Assembly: GCA_015065085.1 (NCBI GenBank)
Contig: SVQW01000001.1
Span: 21,750-85,749, forward strand
Origin: Oscillospiraceae bacterium
Lineage (GTDB): Bacteria; Bacillota; Clostridia; Oscillospirales; SIG627
Direction: 5' to 3'
DNA length: 64,000 nt
The notes beneath the pieces are model-generated. The model was not told the origin of the DNA, did not search any database, and saw only the letters and a list, made by a program, of their open reading frames with translations. The position numbers and the translations under genes are program-made. Numbering within the stretch: the first letter of the stretch is position 1; every line of letters starts with the position of its first letter. Positions 36,017 through 45,350 of this stretch are shown here, piece after piece.

Positions 36017-37912
36017 ATGATGAAAAACAGCAAAAAAACATCAAGAGCAAAAAAAACGTCCGATGTCAGTGCTTCTGTAAAAAACACAGCGGTGAAAAAG
36101 GGCAGTAAGAACAGACTTCCGCTTTACATCATACTTGGTGTTCTGACGTTTCTTTTGGCGGTAACCGTGGCAATAGGTGCTTTGTATGCAAGCAGCACGC
36201 CCAGCTTAGATGATGAAAATCCATTTGATAATCCTTCACCGGTTGTTAACCCGAATGCCGCGGAAGACGATAAAAATTCCGAAAAACAGGTATCTGCGGA
36301 CGGAAGAAAACAGGAAATGTATAATCTGATGGTAGTCGGTAAAGACTATTGGTCAGGTTCAACCGACGTTATAATGATAGTTTCGGTCAACACTGCAAAA
36401 AATGACATCAGTGTCCTCCAGATACCGCGCGATTCAACTGTGGACTGCGGTGTGAACGAGAATCATGGCAAGCGTGTAAATGCAATTTACGCATATGCTC
36501 TCAGTGCACTGAAATCTGTTGCCGTAAATCCACAGAAAGAATACGACGACATCGCAATGGCGAAGGTCGCTCCAATGTATCTTTCTTCCATGAAAGATAA
36601 CAAAACTGCCGAAAACCGTAAGTTCAACGATGAACTTCGCGGAAAAATGGCACTGGAATACTTGAAAGAAACCCTCAAAAGAACCTTCTGCATTGCTATC
36701 GACGGATATGTGATGGTTGATGTCGCCGGTTTCAGAGAAATAGTGGACGTACTGGGCGGAGTTGAAGTCGATGTGCCGCAGAACATGCACTATGATGATG
36801 ATGAACAGAATCTCCATATCCACCTTAATAAGGGTGTACAGCTTCTTGACGGAAAAAAGGCAGAGGGCTTTGTCCGCTACCGCTATGGTTATGTTGACGG
36901 AGATATAGGTCGAGTTAACGCACAAAAAATATTCCTTTCCGCGCTTGCAAAAAAAGTTATGTCCTTCTCGACGATTACCAAGATACAGCCTCTTGTGGAA
37001 ACCTGCTTTGAGTACACCACAACAAATCTGACTACCACTGATATTATCGGTTATGCAAAAATTCTTCTTGGTATGGATTTGTCAAATATCAAGTTTTATA
37101 CAGCACCGGGCGAAGCATACCAGACCTCTTCCGGAGCATGGTATTACAGCCTTTATACCGACGAAAATATTCAAATTATAAATGACCATTTCAACGATTA
37201 CGACCGAATTGTAACTGCTGAGGATATTACTCTCAGACAGGTGGTAAAGAACTATAACATCAGCTACAATAACCAGGGAATAAGTGCTGAGGAAATAGAG
37301 AATTCCGAGCTTAATCTTACAAAATCTGATGTTACCTATAACCCCGTGCCCGGCTCGGGTGATTCGTCGGGAGTAAGTACACCTGTTAAGCGTGAAGAGG
37401 ATGACAATGACAGCGTAGAGGTTTCGGCTGAGGTGAAAGATGACGAAACCGACGATAATGCCGAATCCTCACCCGCTATCGGCGAGAATGAGGACGATGG
37501 TGAAAATGAACAAAACGACGCCGATTCCCAACTTGAGAACAAATCGGACGAAGCGTCAGGAAGTGATGCGGACGACTCATCTTTGATTGATGTGACTGTT
37601 TCAGAAGAAAATTCCGCGGACGAAAAATACGATGAAGAACCCGATGACAAGACGGCAGATTCTTCTGATAATACTGAAGAAAAAAACGAGACATCTGAAA
37701 CTGTTCCGGATGATGACCAAAAAACAGAAGCCTCAGAAGATACAGCCACTAAGAATGACGGCAGTGTCGAGTCTGACGATACCGAAGAAAATCAAAATGA
37801 AGATAAAACTTCTGTAACCGAAACTCCGGAAGCAAGTGATATTTCCGATGAAAACCAAGAAACTGACGGTGAAGATGACGTTGAAAAAATTCCCGAAACA
37901 GATGAACAATAG
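36017..37912 (+). CDS. LytR-CpsA-Psr (LCP) family cell-envelope phosphotransferase with a ~190-aa acidic low-complexity tail
   Basis: N-terminal TM anchor, LCP core (STDVIMIVSVN...ISVLQIPRDS, RYRYGYVDGDIGRVNAQ), and a D/E/S/T-rich C-terminus. Confidence 0.8.
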   Translation: MMKNSKKTSRAKKTSDVSASVKNTAVKKGSKNRLPLYIILGVLTFLLAVTVAIGALYASSTPSLDDENPFDNPSPVVNPNAAEDDKNSEKQVSADGRKQEMYNLMVVGKDYWSGSTDVIMIVSVNTAKNDISVLQIPRDSTVDCGVNENHGKRVNAIYAYALSALKSVAVNPQKEYDDIAMAKVAPMYLSSMKDNKTAENRKFNDELRGKMALEYLKETLKRTFCIAIDGYVMVDVAGFREIVDVLGGVEVDVPQNMHYDDDEQNLHIHLNKGVQLLDGKKAEGFVRYRYGYVDGDIGRVNAQKIFLSALAKKVMSFSTITKIQPLVETCFEYTTTNLTTTDIIGYAKILLGMDLSNIKFYTAPGEAYQTSSGAWYYSLYTDENIQIINDHFNDYDRIVTAEDITLRQVVKNYNISYNNQGISAEEIENSELNLTKSDVTYNPVPGSGDSSGVSTPVKREEDDNDSVEVSAEVKDDETDDNAESSPAIGENEDDGENEQNDADSQLENKSDEASGSDADDSSLIDVTVSEENSADEKYDEEPDDKTADSSDNTEEKNETSETVPDDDQKTEASEDTATKNDGSVESDDTEENQNEDKTSVTETPEASDISDENQETDGEDDVEKIPETDEQ

Positions 37913-37929
37913 TAATAAGGAGTATTCAT

Positions 37930-38367
37930 ATGACCGAAAACATAAACATTAACGAAGAAGAAGTAGTGGAAATTGCGTCTACCACTGATGAAAACGATAT
38001 TTCTCCCGCCGAGGTGGAAGCCACAGCGCGTAAAATAGCACAGATTCTTTACAGCAAAAAGGCGCACGATATACAGCTTTTATGCGTGAACCGACAAACT
38101 GTTCTGGCTGACTATTTTGTTATTGCACATGGTACATCCAACACACAGGTAAAGGCTCTCAGCGATGAGGTCGTTTATCAGTTGGGTCTAGAGGGCATTG
38201 AATGTCTGCGTACTGAGGGATATGACAGTGCGAGCTGGATACTGCTTGATTTCGGCTCCATAATAGTGCATGTTTTTCAGAAAGATACCCGTGATTATTT
38301 TAAGCTGGAAAAGCTCTGGGCAGATGCAGATAAGGTGGAACTTGAGCTCAATCTCAAAAGTGAATAA
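37930..38367 (+). CDS. rsfS: Ribosome silencing factor RsfS
   Basis: LADYFVIAHGTSNTQVKALSDEV...WILLDFGSIIVHVF...YFKLEKLW. Confidence 0.9.
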   Translation: MTENININEEEVVEIASTTDENDISPAEVEATARKIAQILYSKKAHDIQLLCVNRQTVLADYFVIAHGTSNTQVKALSDEVVYQLGLEGIECLRTEGYDSASWILLDFGSIIVHVFQKDTRDYFKLEKLWADADKVELELNLKSE

Positions 38368-38465
38368 TCAAAGTGTTGCCTGCGGCGGAGTGTGAAAACA
38401 TGAGCCGCGGCAGTGTTTTCTGCGGATATTTTTACCTAATGTGTATTAATGCGTTTTGAAAAGAG

Positions 38466-39767
38466 ATGGATTTTATGGAAAGTATAAATAAAAGTGACAG
38501 TATTGCTCCAAAGGCAGTGCTTGTAAGCGTAATTCTTGCAGGTGACTCTCACGTCGAATGTGATAAATCTCTGGATGAACTGGAGGAGCTTTTGAAAACC
38601 GCAGGCGGTGAGACCTTTGCACGCATGATCCAGCTTAAGGATAAGCCCGAGCCGGATACCTATATCGGAAGCGGAAAGCTTAGTGAGTTGGACGAGCTTT
38701 GCTGTAATAATGAAATAAATCTTGTGGTTTTTGATGCAGAGCTTGCACCGTCACAGATAAGAAATATAGAAAATGCTCTCCATAATGTCAGCGTGATTGA
38801 CAGAACTATGCTGATACTTGATATATTCGCCTCTCACGCCGTAACGCGCGAGGGAATTTTGCAGGTTGAGATAGCACATCTGAAATACACCGCTCCAAGA
38901 CTTGTCGGTAAAGGTAAAGAACTTTCAAGATTGGGCGGCGGAATTGGTACACGCGGACCGGGCGAATCAAAGCTTGAAACAGACAGACGCCATATAAAAC
39001 GCCGGATAACCACACTTGAAGAAGAACTCAGAGAGCTTGAAAAGAACAGAATTACTCAGCATTCAAAACGCAAAAAGAGCGGAATTACCTCTATTGCCGT
39101 TGCGGGATATACCAATGCGGGAAAGTCTACACTTATGAATTATATCACAGGCGCGGGTATCCTTGCTGAAGATAAACTTTTTGCAACACTTGATCCCACC
39201 ACCAGAAAATATGTACTTCCAACTGCAGGTGAGGTCCTCATTACTGATACCGTAGGTTTTATAAATAATCTTCCTCACCATCTTGTGAAAGCTTTTAAAT
39301 CTACGCTTGATGAGGTGGCATATGCCGATATAATTCTCCTGGTAAGCGATGCCTCCGATCCCGAGGTTGATATGAAACTGGATGTGTGCCGCAGACTTAT
39401 TGATTCGTTGCTGTCCGAACGCGGTGAACCTTCAAAGCCCATAATATATGTATTCAATAAATGCGACAAGGTGGTTCCCGGCACGCTTGAGCCATTTGAT
39501 GCTCCGGTTGCGGACAGTGTATATATTTCCGCAAAAACGGGTGAGGGATGCGATGACTTGATCGAAAAAATAGAAAGTATACTCTCTTCGGTGAAAAGAC
39601 CGCTGACACTGTTCTTCCCTCATTCTATGGCCGGAAACGAAGCAACTGTACGCCGTTCTTGTACCGTTACCGATGTGGAATATACGGCAGAAGGCATTAT
39701 AATGAAAGTCATTGCCGATGATAAAATAACAGGCAAGTATAAGGATTTTATTAAGTATGATAATTGA
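38466..39767 (+). CDS. hflX: GTPase HflX
   Basis: HflX N-domain, and GTPase motifs GYTNAGKSTLMN, DTVGF and NKCD. Confidence 0.92.
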   Translation: MDFMESINKSDSIAPKAVLVSVILAGDSHVECDKSLDELEELLKTAGGETFARMIQLKDKPEPDTYIGSGKLSELDELCCNNEINLVVFDAELAPSQIRNIENALHNVSVIDRTMLILDIFASHAVTREGILQVEIAHLKYTAPRLVGKGKELSRLGGGIGTRGPGESKLETDRRHIKRRITTLEEELRELEKNRITQHSKRKKSGITSIAVAGYTNAGKSTLMNYITGAGILAEDKLFATLDPTTRKYVLPTAGEVLITDTVGFINNLPHHLVKAFKSTLDEVAYADIILLVSDASDPEVDMKLDVCRRLIDSLLSERGEPSKPIIYVFNKCDKVVPGTLEPFDAPVADSVYISAKTGEGCDDLIEKIESILSSVKRPLTLFFPHSMAGNEATVRRSCTVTDVEYTAEGIIMKVIADDKITGKYKDFIKYDN

Positions 39768-40389
39768 AAGTTACCGTACCGTGGCTAAAGAAGCCAAGGA
39801 TGAATTTACCGAAAAAAAGTCGGTTTTTATAGGTCATGCAAAGCCTATTGAAACCGAAGACCAGGCACTCGAATATATCCGTGAGCTCAACGAGTTTTAT
39901 AAGGGTGCGGCGCATAATTGCTACGCATATGTGAATAAAGAGGGTAATGTGGTTCGTTTCAGCGACAACGGTGAGCCTCAGGGGACGGCGGGCATGCCAA
40001 TATTGGAAGTTATAAAGCGTGAAGAACTTTGCGGTATAGTCATAGTGGTCACCCGATTTTTCGGAGGCATTCTTCTGGGCGCGGGCGGTTTGGTTCGCGC
40101 ATATTCCAAAGCAGCAAAAATTGCCGTTGACGCGGCGGGAATAACTACATTTTGTCCTTTTACCTGTTTTAAAATATCTATTGATTATACTATGTACAAT
40201 AAGCTCATGCATGATTTTGAAAAATACCGTGTGCGATGCACCGATTCTGTTTTTGACAGTAACATAACTCTCACACTGCTTGTACGTTCTGACCGTTTTG
40301 ATTCGTACAAGGAATACTTAAAGGATATTTCGGGTGGTAAGCAGGAGATAACAGATATAACGACCGTATACGACAATGAGGAAATGTAA
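39757..40389 (+). CDS. yigZ: YigZ / IMPACT-family protein
   Basis: KKSVFIGHAKPIETEDQALEYI...AAHNCYAY...DNGEPQGTAGMPIL...VVTRFFGGILLGAGGLVRAY. Confidence 0.88.
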   Translation: MIIESYRTVAKEAKDEFTEKKSVFIGHAKPIETEDQALEYIRELNEFYKGAAHNCYAYVNKEGNVVRFSDNGEPQGTAGMPILEVIKREELCGIVIVVTRFFGGILLGAGGLVRAYSKAAKIAVDAAGITTFCPFTCFKISIDYTMYNKLMHDFEKYRVRCTDSVFDSNITLTLLVRSDRFDSYKEYLKDISGGKQEITDITTVYDNEEM

Positions 40390-40493
40390 AGTTTAAATTT
40401 TGGTAATCGGCGGTACATTTTCGAATGTTACAATGTAGACAATGACATATTCCGATATTGGTTCGGATATTATTGGATATTAGGAGGTTCAAA

Positions 40494-41138
40494 ATGAAAA
40501 AACGTGTACTTACGGCTGTTTTGTCACTGCTTTTGCTTTTTCTTTTTTCCTGCGAAAGGCCGATTCAGGACCCTGTACCCGTAAAGCCTGATGATAATGT
40601 GGAATCCCAGGACAATAAAACCGATAACGACCCTACGAATCCTTATAATGCAGAAGATATAAAAGCTTTTATACAGGAGAAGTATGCTATTGCAAAAGAA
40701 GCATATTTTTGGTTTGAGGTGAATAGCCTTCCTCCCGCAGAGCATGGAGTAGATATAAACAGTATAAAGGAAATTGACGGCCTTTATTATTATAAGGTCG
40801 GACATGATACCATAAAGAGTCTGTCCGATTTGGAAAGCTACCTCAAAAGTATTTTTTCCGACGAAATTACAGCCCGCCTGATGGAAGAGGGTAAAGAAAA
40901 GTACATCGATGTAGAAGGAGAGCTTTGGGCGGTGGATGCACAGCGCGGAACCGATATTTCTGTGGGCAACGTTATATTTACCTTGCAAAAAAAAGGTGAC
41001 AATAAGGTGGTATATTCCGCCCACGTGGAGGAGCTTGACCTTGAAACACTGGAGACTGTGGGTATGAAGGTGTATGATTACGTTTACGAAAAAACTCCCG
41101 CGGGATGGCGATGGACTGAGTTTGATATTTATGAATGA
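40494..41138 (+). CDS. Hypothetical lipoprotein
   Basis: AGGAGG RBS. Signal peptide with lipobox LLFLFSC. I cannot recognise a family with confidence (possibly IseA-like). Confidence 0.6.
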   Translation: MKKRVLTAVLSLLLLFLFSCERPIQDPVPVKPDDNVESQDNKTDNDPTNPYNAEDIKAFIQEKYAIAKEAYFWFEVNSLPPAEHGVDINSIKEIDGLYYYKVGHDTIKSLSDLESYLKSIFSDEITARLMEEGKEKYIDVEGELWAVDAQRGTDISVGNVIFTLQKKGDNKVVYSAHVEELDLETLETVGMKVYDYVYEKTPAGWRWTEFDIYE

Positions 41139-41141
41139 TAA

Positions 41142-41182
41142 AAAGATGTAAAGAATTCATAGTGGTTCTTTACATCTTTTTC
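41142..41182 (+). terminator. Intrinsic terminator (AAGATGTAAAGAA...TTCTTTACATCTT plus TTTT)
   Basis: 13-bp stem followed by a T-run. Confidence 0.8.
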
Positions 41183-41211
41183 TTGACAATTTGTATGATT
41201 TGGTGTATAAT
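41183..41211 (+). promoter_or_regulatory. Consensus promoter TTGACA-17-TATAAT for the 729-aa gene
   Basis: TTGACAATTTGTATGATTTGGTGTATAAT. Confidence 0.6.
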
Positions 41212-41255
41212 CAAATTAATACAAAATAAACTTAATGAAATTTGGAGTATATAAC

Positions 41256-43445
41256 ATGGCACATAAACTTCCCGAAATTGTAAATTCCGGAATAATACCC
41301 ATCGACCATTTTCCTACACGCATGCAGTGCTTTATTTTCCGCAACTGGGAAATAATTTCTCCCAAGGTGATTGGTGAGGTGCTGGGATGCGATGAAAAAA
41401 CTGTTTTGGCACTTGCAGAAGAAATGGGGCTTGCCGTACCGCCTAAGGTTGAAAAAGAATGGCTTACCAAGGGATACATAACCATTATCCGTGCCAACTG
41501 GCATCTTTGTTCTCACGAACAGCTTGCATATATGCTCGGCTGGACTACCGAAAAGCTGGCATATATCTTGCGTGAGGATGACTTTTTGTATGTAAAAATA
41601 GGCTACACCAAGCCTCAACTTCCCGAACTTCGTTACGAGCCTCTTACCGAACAGCAGAAGAAGCAGACTGCACATATACGCACAATAGTCGAAAACGCAA
41701 GAAGGAACATCCCTCACGATGCTGCCAAGCCCTTTGATTTTATCCCGCGTTTTATCGAAGCAGCAGAGCAGGCAGGTGAGCCTGCAAAAATCAAAAACGC
41801 GCAGTTCAATGACCGTATTGTGTATTCTTACTGTGCTCTTTACGGCGATACCTTTGCGGATAAAGAGCTTCTTGACGCCTCTTTTCCCGATGAACTTCTC
41901 ATGGCATATAAGGCACTTGGCATAAACGGTGTGTGGACTCAGGCGGTGCTTTACACGCTTACACCGTATCCGTTTGACGAAAAGATGTCCGAGGGATATG
42001 AGACACGTCTTAAATACATGCGTTATCTTGTAGATAAGCTTAAAAAATATGACATAAAGCTGTTTTTGTATCTTAATGAGCCTCGCGCAATGCCTCTTTC
42101 GTTCTTCGAAAAATATCCCGATTTAAAGGGTCATGTGAATGAAGAAACCGGATATGCCAGCCTTTGCGTATCAACCAAACCGGTTCAGGAATACCTGTAT
42201 AACGCTTCCAGATTTTTGTGCAGTAATGTTCCCGGCTTGGGCGGTATTTTCACCATAACCGCCAGTGAAAACCAGACAAACTGTTACAGCCACGGCTATG
42301 ACAGCGGATGCAATTGCCCCCGCTGCTCAAAGCGCAGTCCCAGTGAGGTTATAGCGGATACAAACAGATTCCTTTATGAGGGCGCAAAATCCGTTGACCC
42401 TGACTTCACATTTATCGCTTGGAATTGGGCATGGCATAAATACAGCGAGCAGGAGTGCTTTGATACTATCGAAAAACTGCCCGAGGGTATAATTCCCATG
42501 TCGGTAAGCGAGGAAAGAGTAGAGAAGACTGTCGGCGGTGTGGATGTTTTTGTGCGCGACTATTCCATTTCTGTCGAAGGTCCCGGAAGATATGCGCGTG
42601 CCGTATGGGATAAAGCACATACCACGGGACATAAGGCGTATGCCAAGCTTCAGCTTGGCGATACATGGGAAATGGCAACCGCCATGTGCATTCCCGCTTT
42701 TGAAAAAATTTACAGACATCTTTGTCGCCTGACCGCCGAGTGCAGTATAGACGGTGCACTCCTGGGTTGGACCCTCGGAGGATTTCCTTCGCCCGCGTTA
42801 AAGCTTGCACAGGGATTCTTTGAAAAGAGCGACACCCCTCCGACACTTGATGAGCTTTACACAAAGATGTTCCCGGGGGCGGATATCCCCGCGCTTTCAG
42901 AGGCTTTCCATGTTCTTAGTGAGGCGTTTGACGAATTCCCGTTCCATGTGGATGTTATATATAACGCTCCTCAGCTTTACGGCAGTTCAAATCTCCTTTA
43001 TACCGAAAAAACCGGATACCCCGCTACAATGGTAGGCTATCCGTATGACGACCTTGATAAATGGCGTTCCGTTTACCCTCGCGATGTGTTTATTTCCCAG
43101 TTCAAAAAGCTTTCCGACGGATGGCATGAGGGAACGTTGCTGCTGGAAAAAGCGGCAGAGGGTACAAATGATAAAGTGCTTATTTCCCTTGTGCGTTGTA
43201 CAAAGGTAATAGACTGCCACTATCGCTCGGTTTACAATCAGAGTGTGTTTGTGGATAAGCGTGACTGCGGAGAAATAGATATCGGAATTGCAAAAGACGA
43301 AATGCGCCTTGCTGCAGAAATGCTCGTTCATATGTCCGAAGACCCGACTGTTGGCTATGAATCTTCAAACCACTATTTCTTCACCAAAAATACCCTGTTG
43401 GAAAAAATACTTAATTGCGACTACATAATAAACAAATACGAATAA
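41256..43445 (+). CDS. Uncharacterised 729-aa cytoplasmic protein: N-terminal duplicated helical module, then a TIM-barrel glycoside-hydrolase-like core with a Cys4 cluster
   Basis: GGAG lies 8 nt before the ATG at 41256. There is no signal peptide. The segment ...GINGVWTQAVLY...IKLFLYLNEPRAMP resembles a beta/alpha-barrel GH, and a CYSHGYDSGCNCPRC cluster is present. The functional call is weak. Confidence 0.5.
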   Translation: MAHKLPEIVNSGIIPIDHFPTRMQCFIFRNWEIISPKVIGEVLGCDEKTVLALAEEMGLAVPPKVEKEWLTKGYITIIRANWHLCSHEQLAYMLGWTTEKLAYILREDDFLYVKIGYTKPQLPELRYEPLTEQQKKQTAHIRTIVENARRNIPHDAAKPFDFIPRFIEAAEQAGEPAKIKNAQFNDRIVYSYCALYGDTFADKELLDASFPDELLMAYKALGINGVWTQAVLYTLTPYPFDEKMSEGYETRLKYMRYLVDKLKKYDIKLFLYLNEPRAMPLSFFEKYPDLKGHVNEETGYASLCVSTKPVQEYLYNASRFLCSNVPGLGGIFTITASENQTNCYSHGYDSGCNCPRCSKRSPSEVIADTNRFLYEGAKSVDPDFTFIAWNWAWHKYSEQECFDTIEKLPEGIIPMSVSEERVEKTVGGVDVFVRDYSISVEGPGRYARAVWDKAHTTGHKAYAKLQLGDTWEMATAMCIPAFEKIYRHLCRLTAECSIDGALLGWTLGGFPSPALKLAQGFFEKSDTPPTLDELYTKMFPGADIPALSEAFHVLSEAFDEFPFHVDVIYNAPQLYGSSNLLYTEKTGYPATMVGYPYDDLDKWRSVYPRDVFISQFKKLSDGWHEGTLLLEKAAEGTNDKVLISLVRCTKVIDCHYRSVYNQSVFVDKRDCGEIDIGIAKDEMRLAAEMLVHMSEDPTVGYESSNHYFFTKNTLLEKILNCDYIINKYE

Positions 43446-43453
43446 AATTTAAA

Positions 43454-43488
43454 ATATGCTTTGCTGTCATGCAAGGCATATTTTTTTG
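43454..43488 (+). terminator. Intrinsic terminator (ATATGCTTTGC-TGTCAT-GCAAGGCATAT plus TTTTTTT)
   Basis: Stem and T-run read directly from the sequence. Confidence 0.8.
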
Positions 43489-43531
43489 TTATTGGCATAA
43501 AATATTCCCAAACAGAAAGAGAGGTTTTATT

Positions 43532-43912
43532 ATGTGCGAAAACAGATTTTATATTTGCCGTCATTGCGGTAATATAATGGGCCTCATCGAAGATTCGGGT
43601 GTGGCTGTTGAGTGTTGTGGAGAGCCGATGGAACAGCTTGAAGCTTCAAAAAACGAGAGCGGCAAAGAAAAGCATATGCCTGTTGTGAACATTTCCGGTG
43701 ATACCGTTGCGGTGGATGTCGGAAGCATTGCCCATCCAATGGAAAACGACCATAGCATTGAGTGGGTGTATCTGCAAACCGACCGCGGTGGTCACAGAAA
43801 ATGTCTGTATGCAGGTGATGAGCCGCGTGTCCGGTTTGTTCTGAGCGAAGAAAAGCCCGAGGCTGTATACGCTTACTGCAACAATCACGGTATGTGGATG
43901 AAGGAAATATAA
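43532..43912 (+). CDS. dfx: Desulfoferrodoxin (2Fe superoxide reductase)
   Basis: Desulforedoxin-type N-terminus CRHCGN...ECCGEPM, and the SOR centre II region EKHMPV...HPMENDHSIEW...YCNNHGMW. Confidence 0.9.
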   Translation: MCENRFYICRHCGNIMGLIEDSGVAVECCGEPMEQLEASKNESGKEKHMPVVNISGDTVAVDVGSIAHPMENDHSIEWVYLQTDRGGHRKCLYAGDEPRVRFVLSEEKPEAVYAYCNNHGMWMKEI

Positions 43913-43918
43913 AACAAA

Positions 43919-43959
43919 ATGAGCTGTAAAAAACGGTTTTGTTTTTACAGCTCATTTTT
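43919..43959. terminator. Bidirectional terminator between the convergent dfx and yegP-like genes
   Basis: ATGAGCTGTAAAAA...TTTTTACAGCTCAT stem with A/T runs on both sides. Confidence 0.8.
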
Positions 43960-43968
43960 CAATAAAAA

Positions 43969-44334
43969 TCAGTCGTTAACTATTTCAGCTTCGGGAGCAT
44001 TCTTTTTGACACTTTCAATTCCGTTGAGACATCCGGCTTTGGAAGTGTAGCCTTCGGAAGTGGCAATTACTTCGCCGTTCTTAGCTTTCAGACGGAATCT
44101 GAATTCTCCTGCTTTGTCAGCGTAAACTTCAAACTTGGGATGCTTTACTTTTTCAAAGTTTTCAACGGTCTGATCCTCAATTTCGCCAACACAGTTGTTT
44201 TTAACACTTTTAACACCGTTGATACAAGCCGCTTCGGTAGTGTACACCTCGGAAGTGGCAATGGTTTCGCCGTTGCCGGATTTGAGATCGAATTTGAATC
44301 CGGTGGCGGTATTTTTGATAACAAATTTACCCAT
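43969..44334 (-). CDS. YegP-family protein (tandem DUF1508 domains)
   Basis: Two repeats of the F.L+..NGE.IA.SE.Y....A...GI.SVK.N pattern. 121 aa. Confidence 0.85.
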   Translation of the reverse strand: MGKFVIKNTATGFKFDLKSGNGETIATSEVYTTEAACINGVKSVKNNCVGEIEDQTVENFEKVKHPKFEVYADKAGEFRFRLKAKNGEVIATSEGYTSKAGCLNGIESVKKNAPEAEIVND

Positions 44335-44514
44335 GATAAAATCCTCCTAAAATATACTTTTTATAATAATAAACGAAAGATATTAACAGAGAATTAAAAA
44401 AAATAGAGAAATTGATAAATTTAAGTTTGAGTTTGTCGGGTTTTGCACTTGATAAAGCAACAAAATTATGCTATAATTACTATATATGGAATTCTAGCGA
44501 CAGGAGCAGTGAAA

Positions 44515-45336
44515 ATGTCAGAATATAAAATTGTTGCAAGTGACCTTGACGGGACATTGCTGAATAGTAAATCCGAAATAACCAAAGAAAATATAGATGC
44601 CATAAACAAGCTCTGCCAAAAAGGCATTTTCTTTGTGCCCTCTACGGGACGAACCCTTTCGGAAATTCCGTCTGATATAAAAAATCTTTCTTGCATTCGT
44701 TATTTTATTTATGCCAACGGAGCGGCAGTTTTGGATCGTACAACAGGCAACAGAGTTCTTAATTGCATAAGCGATAAGGACGGGAGATATATTTTTGATA
44801 TTCTCAAATCCTTCGAAGCTCATGTTTCGTTCCGCACAGATGGCCAATGCTATGTGGATTCAAGGTTTCAGAATGATGCCGATTTTGAATACTATAATGT
44901 TTGTGAGGCACATCGGGTTGTGGTGCGCAATTTTGCGGAATACTCCGATGACTTTGAAAATATCAGCCAAAACGCAGATGATATCGAAGTCATTTCTGCA
45001 TTTTTTCACAGCTATCAAGACAAAATAAAATGCAGAGAACTTATAGAGAAAAACAGTGCGCTCAAAGCGGTTGAAGTAAGCGAATATAATCTTGAAATAA
45101 TAAATACCGATGCAGGCAAGGGGAATGCTTTGGGTATTCTTTCGGAAATGACCGGCGTGCCGTGTGAGCGTATAATAAGTATCGGAGACAGTGATAATGA
45201 CAGCAGTATTATAAAAGCGGCGGGATTGGGGCTTGCGGTTTCCAACAGTTGTGAAGAACTCAAAATAATCGCTGATGAAATTATCTGTTCTAACGATGAA
45301 CACGTGGTAGAATATGTGCTGAAGCATTATGCATGA
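44515..45336 (+). CDS. Cof-type HAD-IIB phosphatase
   Basis: Motif I ASDLDGTLL, motif III/IV GDSDNDSSIIKAAGLGLAV. Preceded by TTGATA-17-TATAAT at about 44447-44475. Confidence 0.85.
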   Translation: MSEYKIVASDLDGTLLNSKSEITKENIDAINKLCQKGIFFVPSTGRTLSEIPSDIKNLSCIRYFIYANGAAVLDRTTGNRVLNCISDKDGRYIFDILKSFEAHVSFRTDGQCYVDSRFQNDADFEYYNVCEAHRVVVRNFAEYSDDFENISQNADDIEVISAFFHSYQDKIKCRELIEKNSALKAVEVSEYNLEIINTDAGKGNALGILSEMTGVPCERIISIGDSDNDSSIIKAAGLGLAVSNSCEELKIIADEIICSNDEHVVEYVLKHYA

Positions 45337-45350
45337 GATAAGGAGACAGT

